From positions 11,406,771-11,470,770 of the forward strand of contig OZ316891.1 of NCBI GenBank assembly GCA_973895155.1: a DNA stretch of 64,000 bases, written 5' to 3'. The first letter of the stretch is position 1; each line of letters opens with the position of its first letter. Shown here in pieces: positions 51,191 through 64,000 of the stretch. A program made the position numbers and the translations under genes. The DNA is from Marsupella aquatica. Taxonomy: Eukaryota > Plantae > Marchantiophyta. The notes beneath the pieces were generated by a model. That model worked only from the letters and a program-made list of their open reading frames with translations. It was not told the origin of the DNA and did no database searches.

Positions 51191-53024
51191 TATCAGGTAC
51201 AATTCAGTCTCCTATCATGAGAAGCCTTTACATATTGAAGAAATATAGACCGTCTTTTACCAATTGGTACCCTGGATAAGAAAGTTGCCTGCCTTAAGTT
51301 AGGGCCTCGTTGGCCTTCTGACTTTACAGTCAGCCCCACAGTGCTGATGTTCAGGGGCTGTATTACTCCTGGGATTCATGAAGAGGTGGCATGCAAATTG
51401 AACCCTGCAAGAGTTGTAAAACCCAGTAAGTTCGAGATCCGGCAGGAAAGGTGGACCAGGGAGGAAGCACTTCATGTAACATCCAAAAGCAAATTTTTGT
51501 AGTCTTAGCCGATATATTTACCCAGAGCTGGGTCTGTGGTAAATTATCCAGCCCAGTGAGTTCCGGATCCTGCACGAAAGATGGAACTGAGAGCCGTCAC
51601 TTTCAATTTTAGCCAGAAAGAGTTCGTAGTCCTGGCAGATATGATCGCCATGGGAGACGGCACTTTCAATTCTACCCAGAGACTTTGTAGTCCCTGGCAG
51701 GTATGATGGCCGTGGGAGGCGGCACTCTATATTTCATCCGAGAAAGATATATTGTAGTATCAGCCGATAAGATGCACCCAGGATTACAATGCTTGATAAT
51801 TATTTCATCGAAGAAAGACGTCAAAGTCTTAGCAAGTTCCAGACTCAGCATGTAATGGTGAACTCGGAAGAAACCGCTTCAAAGTCCAACCTGGCGGGAT
51901 GTTCGAGGCAGGTTGCATACCTTCCAGGACAACTGCACTGGGAGAAGTCACTGTATAAGGAGTATTGTATCAGTGAGGTTCCTATGAAGCAGCACCTTGA
52001 TGATTCAAACAGGTGACAAATATATCACTTCACTGCAATATTAATGTGTGAGTATACGCAAAGAAGGGCAACACAGAGAGAAACGGTGACAGTGGCCGTA
52101 GCAGAAGTTTGTATCTTTAGGCACGTGGTTTACCCTTGAGCATAAACACTGTAGTTACCCGCCTTACTGGTTCTTTTGCCACCCAATATAGTCTAATACA
52201 AACAACTTTGTATAAAGTGGAAGAAAAAGTATAATAGTTTGTGACTATACATTCACTAGGAAAAGAGTAGATTTGGCTCCAAATCTTTCAAAGGATTGCT
52301 TTTTGGAGGACTAAATAAAGGAGGAGAGGGGACCAAGTTAGGATACAATCATATCCCTGTGTAGAAGGAGATCGTAACAAGGGACACGTTAGCAACTTGA
52401 CGAGTGGATTCGAATAGTGCACATCATCTCGGTATCAAAGAATCATGGTTCACTTTGACAACCGGTTATTCGTGGAAATCAAGTGCAGTTTGTTAATTAA
52501 ATTTTGGTGCACAGCATTGAACATGCGAATGAGTGCGGTCGAAGGTATCTATAGGTGGTAATGGTGATCTGTTCGTTCTTTTCTCCACCATCTATGTTCG
52601 CTGTCAAGAAAGCTGTCAACCGCGTAGCGAGTAAATCAAGAATAGCTCCACAAAATGTGGACACACATGCACTGGGCCCGCCACCACAGGCACCGCAACG
52701 ATCAAGCGACTCGAGCCAAGGCATCCCTGATACCAATGAAAAACCAAGGTCCCAACTAAAGCCACGGAGGCTTGCTCGCGAGGGGACACGAAGGCTATGA
52801 CTGTCTCGTCAGCCACGCAGCAAAGAGCAACTTCAATCGAAGTTAAGGTTGGCAACCCTCAGCTCCGCTCTCCTCCGCCCGCTGTTCACTTGATTCCTAT
52901 CTCGAAATGAGTTTCACACACATCACCAGCTTTTGAGAAGACAGCACCGCGCTCCTGCTCCCGCTCCTCCAGAAATTGAATTTTTTGCTCTGGAGAGAAG
53001 AGTCTTCACTTCTCTGATTTGTGA

Positions 53025-56120
<3,096 letters not shown>

Positions 56121-56179
56121 GCTCTCAAACTTGGTTTCTCAAGAAACATGAATTGGGTTGACTTTTCAAATCGCCCAGC

Positions 56180-57030
56180 GGTATTACAAGGAATTGTTGG
56201 AGATCTATGAATCCTCTGTGGAGATGACGTGTATATGGGATGATTTGCTCCCACCACCTGGGAACCCCCAAGATGAGGAAGTTTAGCAGGTTGTACGCAC
56301 AAATTGGGTGCAAGAAGTTGTTGGAGATTTTTTAATCTTCTGTGGAGATGACGTGTATTGTATGGGATGATTTGCTCCCACCACGTGGGAACCCCCAAGA
56401 TGGGGAAGTTCAGGATTGTACTCGCAGTTTGCGTACAAGAAATTGTTGGACATTTATGAATCTTCTGTGGAGGTGCGTGTATCATGGGATGATTTGCTCC
56501 AACCACTGGGAACTCCCACGATGAGGAAGTTCAGGGTTGTACTCACAGATTGAGTAACAAGATCTGGTTGGAGATTTATAAATTGTCTGTAGACATGACG
56601 TGTATTATATGGGGTGATTTGCTCCCACCATCTCTGAACCCCCAAGATGAGGAAGTTCAGCAGGTTGTACTCACAAATTGAGGACAAGGAATTGTTGGAG
56701 ATTTATGAATCTTCTGCGGAGGTGACGTGTGTTATGGGATGATTTGCTCCCACCACCTGGGAACCCCCAAGATGAGGGAGTGCAGGGATGTAGTCACATA
56801 TTCAGTACAAAAACTTGTTGGAGAATTATGAATCTTCTGTAGGTATGACGTAGATTATACGGGATGATTTGCTCCCACCACCTGAGGACCCCCAAGATGA
56901 GGAAGTTCAGCAGGTTGTACCAACGGATTGAGTACAAGGATGTGTTGGAGATTATGAATCTTTTGTGGAGGTGACGTTGTATTACATGGGATGATTTGCT
57001 CCGACCACCCTAGGAACCTTCAAGACCTGG
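56180..57030. repeat. Seven ~125-bp tandem units directly after the ftsH stop codon
   Basis: GATTTGCTCC at 56242, 56369, 56491, 56616, 56741, 56866 and 56993, with shared GGAACCCC..AGATGAGGAAGTT and TGACGT blocks. Confidence 0.93.
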
Positions 57031-57920
57031 AGGTTTGGCAGGAAGATTTAGGTTGGCAACATGTTTGTAGTTCCCTGCAATTGAACATCAAAATGTGGCT
57101 AGATATGGCATACTATGTCACCCCCCACACCATGATAAAGTCAATTATTTTGTTTTAAGTCAGTCAGTGTTATTATGTATCTGGCTGCCAGTTTTTGATG
57201 TGCAGCGACCTGGACACATGTTTTGTTGGAGAGGGCTTGCTCCATAATGATGGAATCTGTATGTGCCCATTTATCTCACGTTCATTTGTGGCATTCAAGG
57301 AGGCTGAATGACTGGACGCATACCATACACTGTTGTGAAGAAGAAATGAAGAATTAACTTTTCCAGAGAATTTAGCTACAGTGGTTTTTGACAGAGAGTA
57401 GAGTTTGATTATGTTGAAATTTACAGTCCCCATTTGTTCAATATGGGGGGAGCGCGGGGGCGGCTTTTTGACCTTAGTAACTTTTTTCAACTTCATAAAC
57501 CGATGGGCTTTCCCCTCGTCTGAGAGGTACAGCCAGTTGCACGGCTCCTTTGCTTAGGAGAGGTTTAGTGTCGATTAAACATACATAAAAAGTTCTGTTG
57601 AAAGCACAACTGCCCTTCAAAAGCTATGGGTTACCCGTAATTACCTTTAAAAGGAGATTTTTTCTGAAATTGTGGAGCAAATTGGCATGCTAGAGGAGAA
57701 CAGTGATTGAAATATGGAAAAAGTGGGAGGCCTTGGACACTTCCCCTTATATAGGGGAAGTTGTGGTTTAAAAAAGTTAGTATCATGGTTTTAGCAACGT
57801 TTCACTAAGTGGACTAAGGTCCCAGACTTCAAATCAAATATAATCAGATAGCGAAAAGGACAAATTTAAGCCATCAGTCTCAAAAAAACAGGAAGGTATA
57901 CAGTTTTCATGAAGGCCAAA

Positions 57921-58066
57921 AGTGAAAACCCTTAGGTAGGGGCCACTGAAAATTAGCAGATTTCTTCCCACAAGTGGAGTGCAGAAGAATATCAGTGAAA
58001 ACCCTTAGGTAGGGGCCACTGAAAATTAGCAGATTTCTTCCCACAAGTGGAGTGCAGAAGAATATC
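57921..58066. repeat. Exact 73-bp tandem duplication
   Basis: AGTGAAAACCCTTAGGTAGGGG...GCAGAAGAATATC at 57921-57993 and 57994-58066. Confidence 0.95.
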
Positions 58067-58499
58067 AGTGAAAATCCCATAGACTACAAGGTTTAATAAG
58101 ATGTTAGAAATGCATGAACTTACCCTAACTTCTTTCACCCCTTTATTTATTCACAACAATTGCTAGCAGGAACATTATTCATTGATGCCTATTGGGTCCT
58201 CTTATTCAATGTCACCCATGGTGCACAAAAGGTGAAGACATGAGAATGTATCTTGTCACATTTCCAAATGTTGGTTATGGTCCAGAGCTTCACTGTGACC
58301 ACAAGTAAAGTTTTGAAGTTCACCAACTTTTGCTCAAGATCCATCCCAGATTCACCAAAGCTATTGCACACAAGAGACTTGGCTATCTACTTATCACCTA
58401 AAGGAAAGTGGGGCGACATCTAATACCCCACAGGATTGTAATAAATGAAGTTACCCACTGACCCAACCAATCAATTTTCCAGGAACCCTCTACAGGACT

Positions 58500-59335
58500 T
58501 GTAGTTTTGCGTCCGGCTTAGTCAGCAAATGTCAACATTAATCTTTATTTTGCGTCCGGCATAGTAGGAACATTAGAGCATTTGGCAACATCTTGTTAGT
58601 TTAAGTCCGGCGTAGTGGTACAGTAACCTTTGTGTTCCTCGTGACGTCTCTTTTTTTGAAACCGGCGCAGAAAGAAAACATAGATACAAATCTCTATTTT
58701 GCGGCAAGAATCTCTATTTTGCGTCCGGCATGTCTATTTTGCATCCGGCGCAGTAGGAACCTTCAAGTGATATCTCGTTAGTTTGCGTCCGGCGTAGTTT
58801 CAGTAACCTTAGCGGCTTCTGGACATCTCGTTAGTTTGCGTCCGGCGTAGTGAGCAAACATCGATAGTTTGCGTCCGGCGTAGTGAGCAAACATCGATAG
58901 TTTGCGTCCGCCATAGTGAGGAAACATCGACACGAATCTATATTTTGCGTCCGGCTTAGAGAGGAAACATGGACACGAATCTATATTTGCGTCCGGCATA
59001 GTAAGGAATCATTGACACGAATGAATATTTTTGCGTCCGGCGTATTAAGGAAACATTGACATCTATATTTTGCGTCCGGCGGCGCAGTGAGGAGCCTTCG
59101 CGAGCTTCGTGACATCTCGATAGTTTGCGTCCGGCGAAGTGGTACAGTAACCTTTCGCGTGCTTCGTGACGTCTCGTTAGTTTGCGTCCGGCACAAGGGT
59201 ACAGTAGACTTCGCGTGCTTCGTGACGCCTCTTTGGTTTGCGTCCGGCGCAGTGGTACAGTAAACTTCGCGTGCTTCGTGACGTCTCTTTATTTTGCGTC
59301 CGGCGCATTAAGCAACCTTCACGTGGTTCGTGACG
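58500..59335. repeat. Array of ~16-19 copies of TTTGCGTCCGGC with related variable spacers
   Basis: The 12-mer core recurs every ~20-60 bp. Spacers fall into two families (GAAACAT..ACACGAATCTATA and GTACAGTAA..TTCGCGTGCTTCGTGACGTCTC). Confidence 0.9.
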
Positions 59336-60472
59336 TTTTCTTCTTCCTCTACGATTCCCGTTCGGTCCCGCAACACACGAAAAAGCAATTCCTTCTCACC
59401 TTGCGGTGATCGCGAATCGCATCGTCACCGATTGCCCATTCCTCGCGTCGACGAATCCTCCTTCCGGATTGGTTTTGTTGAAACAGAGAGGACGGGCTGC
59501 AGCAGCAGGAGCTTCGTCGCAGGTTGGGATATGGTCGCCTACTTCCTTCCCGTGCAAACTACGACGGACATTGGTTTACAGTGTAGTGCACCGGCCTTCA
59601 CGAGCACGACTGGAGCAGCTGCCTGAGTCCATGGACTTCGAGAGCCGTTTGCGCTTTCGCGTAGCAGCAGTGGTGGCCTGTGGTGGTAATGAGTCGGTGA
59701 GACGGGATGAACGTCCCATTCCGCATTTCTTCGACAACTCAGGAGCGGCTTTTTAGGGAATCGGAGTCGACTTTCTCGGGGTCATTCAATCTGAGCCTTT
59801 GATTTCGGAAGTGGAAGGCTCGGGTTCGCGAAATTTCAATACGAGAGTGTTCTGGACCGAAAAGCTCGGGTTGCAGAGCTCCGCCAGCTCTGAGACGGCC
59901 TAGTAGTGGTCTTTTGAGTGATGAGTGATGAGTGACGGACATGATATCGGTCCGGTATCCTCGCGTAGGGAATTATTGTCGGTGAGCCACAAGTGAATTT
60001 GACACTGTTCTGAAACGATTCGTAAGGCGAGAGTCTTTTACAGCTTGCCACTCGGCCTCCTCGGTTTCAGTCTTGTTCGTTCGGTTCGCAACCTTGGATT
60101 CAGTCGTTTGCTCGGTTTGCGAGCTTGAGTTCAATCTGGAAGGGAGTTTGAGGTTTGCGCTTCCGTGATGGCTTGGAATAAGAGGGGATGTGTCAGGATT
60201 TGAGGGCTTCAGCTTTAGCTATCGTGTGGGTCAGAAAGGGACAGTTGAGTCTAGGGTTTGAGGATTTGAGTGGTCTGAGGATTTTGAGTTTCAGCAATTG
60301 TGTGGGGCAACAGGAAAGGAGGTCGATCGGCAACAGCTCTGGTAATTTGTATAGGTCACGAGGAGGAAGAGAATACCCCTGTTCTATTTACTTTGCTTAG
60401 ATTAAAGCTTGAGGCCTCGGAACCGGAAACAGGGGTAACGCGCGGAAAGGAAACCAAGGGAAGGAAGTGAAG

Positions 60473-60823
60473 ATGTCAGAGGGTTTGGAGTTCGAGAATT
60501 TCGAGGAGTTTTGGCCGTTCTACATGAACGAACACGCCAAGCCGATCACGCGGAAGCTCCATTTCATCGGCACAATGTCTTTCCATATTTTGGTGATTAT
60601 TGCTCTGATCTTCGACTGGAGGTTTCTCATCTTGGCACCGATCGTAGGATATGGGGTGGCGTGGTACAGCCACTTTTTCATCGAGTTGAACCGCCCGGCT
60701 TCGTTCAGGTGGCCGCTTTGGTCCTTCATAGCGGATAATAAAATGGTCTACCTCTTTCTCACGGGACGGATGTCTCGTGAGCTCAGATATCTGGAGAAGA
60801 GGCCATCATACAAGTACTCATGA
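60473..60823 (+). CDS. DUF962/Mpo1-like small membrane protein (116 aa), intronless CDS
   Basis: FENFEEFWPFYMNEH...RKLHFIGT...GYGVAWYSHFFIELNRPASFRWPLWS..D.KM..L.LTGRM..EL is the typical DUF962 pattern. Confidence 0.88.
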   Translation: MSEGLEFENFEEFWPFYMNEHAKPITRKLHFIGTMSFHILVIIALIFDWRFLILAPIVGYGVAWYSHFFIELNRPASFRWPLWSFIADNKMVYLFLTGRMSRELRYLEKRPSYKYS

Positions 60824-62751
60824 CGACCACGAACCCAGGAGGAGGAGGAGGGAAGGTGGAGGGTTCTTTTAGCTTTCACCCACCCAAATGACTTTTGTTA
60901 TGGCCTCATGCAGACAATTATGTCAGGCATGATCTCTACCTGTTCCCTTTCGAGAAACACTTAAGATTACCTCAATTGCATGCTTTGGAGCCGACGACCT
61001 CTTCAAGGCAAAAAAGACTACCTCAATTGCTGGCGTCAGGCAGTCAACTAGGTTAGGAAGGAGCCTCGGACCCCTTTGAGAGAACTCTGAAGATTCATTC
61101 AACTCCGAAAAGGGTGCTTCCAGTATAGGACCTACAATCATGCGCCAGAAAAACATCCAATTGTGGCCTAGGTCATGAGGATGATCAATTCGAGTATCGG
61201 TGGCTGTTATTGTGGTTAATTCCACTCGTCTTGACTTAGGTCCTTTTACGACTTTTGTAAATTTTTCAACATCAATCCTCTCTGAGACATCTCACTTGAA
61301 CGCGTAACGGGTTTCTGAATATCCTGGACTTTCAAACTTCGTTAGCACACGGCACACGTAATGAAAGACTACTGTTCGAAAAGGCCGTGTTCATTAGCCA
61401 GCATCATTGACAGGGGTACTGGTGCAAGAAACGCTGTTGGGAGCCGGACATTTTCTATTGTTGTAGATGGCCAAGATGAATTTGATAGCGCTGATTCAAC
61501 TCTAGGGTCTGAGAAATAGCTCTGTTACGGAAACTTCATGTGCAGCAATTGTTTTGAGATGCCTTTCTCATGAGGATGTATGTAAAGGGTGCCACAGTGG
61601 AGATCTATAGCGATGCCAGTGTCCACTCTGATAGCAGTGTCAGCTGGACCTGGAATTCGTGAGTGCCATGATTGCGGTTCTAGTTCTTGATGAGATTCTT
61701 TTCCCGCCCTCTTTGAAAACGAACTGTGGATTCTAGAAGGGATGGTTGAAGTTTAGACCAAACATGTGTAAAAAAGTCCTGTTGTGTTTAGGTCAGAAGG
61801 TAATCCAATGTACAGTAAAGACTACATGAGATTTTCCCTTGCAGAGGAAACCGACCTTGCCAGACTTCTACTGTCAAGTTGTACATTATGTGCTTGTCTC
61901 AAATGTGTCCTTTAACAAGAAATCTGCCGATGATTCAAGGAGTCCTTCCAGTTGCGTTCATTGTCAAAGTCTGCCAATCAGGTTAACAGTTCTGCCCCCA
62001 TATTTTCACCTTGGCCTACGATTGTCATTCCTGTCGAATTGGATTCCTCGATTTCAATGTTTTTGGTCGTTGTTTCACAGGAGGCTCCTTTTTCTGCGGT
62101 GGAGTGAACTCGTCGTGCTATATCAACCTTGCGACAGTGCATGTTGAAGAAATCTGTTTGTAGAAATGGATGCACAGTGTGGACCTTCTTGTGTTTCTGC
62201 TACTTTCCAGCAATACCCTCTGCAGCTACCATTCTAAGTGCCACACAACGATGCCTATGCCTATTTCAACGTTTGTTGTTCTGGATGTTGAGTTCCTGCA
62301 CCGACTAAAACGCCATCTCTCGATGTAGTTAGTTTTGCAAAGAGTGCCCAGTTTTCACCTATCCTGAGTTTGATCTGGAGAAGTTAGTCGTATTCTAGAG
62401 TGTTAATTTGGTAGATTTTGGATGCTGCTGAGTTCTCAGCTTTGGCCACAGGTCCAGCGCAATTGCAGCACCTGACCGGAGGCTTATCCCTATGGCTGAC
62501 ATACTTAAGAAGTCTGGATTCACTCGGAGTAGCCAATTAGTGAAGCCTGAGTCTCCAACATCTATCGACTTCATCTTGATGTATAGGATGTAAACGATTA
62601 AGGGTATGTTATCCCCTTTATGAGATATAGGGCAACTGCATTGCAACCCCCCTATGTGGGGAGACATATGGGAGACCATAAGAGGGAGACATATGGGAGA
62701 ACAGCAAAAGCTATAATACGAGGTTGCCTCTTTTTATAGTGTGGTATGTCC

Positions 62752-63102
62752 CTTTTTATAGCATGGTTGTCATTCAAATTTGCATTGTCCAAAAAATGGA
62801 AAATATGAAGAATTTAACCAAAGAGAAAGAATAAAACAAAAAGCAAAATTAATATAGTATGAATGGAAATCCAAGCAGAAAGAGATCTGTTAGGACAAAG
62901 TAAAATGGGGAGGGCCTGTAGCAATGCACTAGTACCAAGGAGACCCTTCCTTTTTATACCATGGTTGTCATTCAACTTTGCACTGCCCAAAAAATGAAAA
63001 ATATGAAGAATCTAACCAAAGAGAAAGAATAAAACAACAAGCAAAATTAATATAGTGTGAAATGGGGAGGGCCTGTAGCAGTGCACTAGTACCAAGGAGA
63101 CC
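62752..63102. repeat. Tandem duplication (~150-195 bp units)
   Basis: TTTTTATA.CATGGTTGTCATTCAA...AAATGGGGAGGGCCTGTAGCA.TGCACTAGTACCAAGGAGACC occurs twice. Confidence 0.85.
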
Positions 63103-63574
63103 TCCCTTTACAATAACCTGGATCCCATACTTTTACAAACTAAAAAAAGTGAGAATCAATTTTGACCATTCACAAAAACCTTATTTTTTCCAAACAGTCA
63201 GATCTATCCATGCACCCCTTCTAAAATAAGTTCTTATCCAAACTGCCCTTTAGCCTGCATATACCTAACACAATGAAAAACTTAATTAAATTTCTTTACA
63301 TAAAAATGATTGTAAACAAATGGAAAATTTTGAAATAATTTTGAATATCAATAAAATACAGAAAATGTTTCTTCCTTTAAAAACTAAAAATTTAAAAAAA
63401 CACATGTTTTCCTGTCACTCAATTATGCTTGGACTCTATGGTGCTGTTATCCCAAATCTCCAATTTCTATATGCAACGCACGGGCTAAATAACACGACAA
63501 CAACTATTGTATGGTCGGGATCACACATAACATTCCTCAACAACTACATCACAAAGTTTATTATTTTTTGCCTC

Positions 63575-64000
63575 GCCTTGACATCTTTTCTCACCTTCAC
63601 ATATATTTCTAATCTTTAAATATATATATATATATATATATATTCCTCAACATTTTTCCTTGCTTTGATATAGTTTTCTCATTTCGCCATCTTTTTCCCA
63701 TGTTGACATCTTTACTTCACTGTGACATATTTTCTCACCTCAAGGTCTTTTCTTACCTCAACTTATGTCTTATCTTTTTCTCACCTTGCCATTTGTATAT
63801 CACCATGATCTTTCCCTCACCCTCGACATCTTTCCGTTCCTTGACAACTTTTCCTCATGTTCACATCTTTTTCTCACCTTGCCATATTTTCTTTCCCAAC
63901 ATCTTTTTCTCACCCTTGACTTCTTTTTCTCACCTCAACATCTTTTACTCTCATCGACATCTTTTTTCACCTTGACTCTACATCTTTCTTCACCTCGACA
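63575..64000. repeat. (TA)n microsatellite plus degenerate pyrimidine-rich minisatellite (ACATCTTTTT(C)TCACCT), running off the window
   Basis: (TA)n at ~63620-63642. Repeated CATCTTTTT/CTCACCTT units resemble the 1.3-2.6 kb array. Confidence 0.7.

Noticed and set aside
58500-59335. CRISPR-like repeat/spacer appearance
   Set aside because: The repeat is only 12 bp, spacers are homologous to each other and uneven in length, there are no cas genes, and the context is a plant nuclear genome.

Overview
Eukaryotic nuclear DNA from a land plant, shown by GT-AG spliceosomal introns and plastid-targeted proteins. The gene content and sequence style suggest a non-seed plant, probably a bryophyte or liverwort, but this is inference. 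Eight protein-coding genes were reconstructed by hand: plastid release factor 2 (PrfB1/HCF109-like, +, 6 exons), NCA1-like RING/TPR catalase chaperone (-, 7 exons), a dimethylarginine dimethylaminohydrolase with intact catalytic motifs (DDAH-like, -, 5 coding exons), assimilatory nitrate reductase (+, 5 exons), an intronless SCAB actin-binding protein (-), an intronless BTB-TAZ protein (+), thylakoid FtsH1/5 (+, 5 exons) and a DUF962/Mpo1-like membrane protein (+). Intergenic DNA holds a 2.1-kb Mutator-like element with TIRs and a perfect 10-bp TSD, a tRNA-derived SINE, a probable degraded solo LTR and many tandem arrays, several directly against gene ends. The most interesting points are the plant DDAH near nitrate reductase and BT, the nitrate reductase motif combination (14-3-3 site plus NADPH-type signature), an interleaved inverted-repeat module at 7.9 kb, and the gene-specific minisatellites. 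All exon boundaries were read by eye and are not supported by transcript data.
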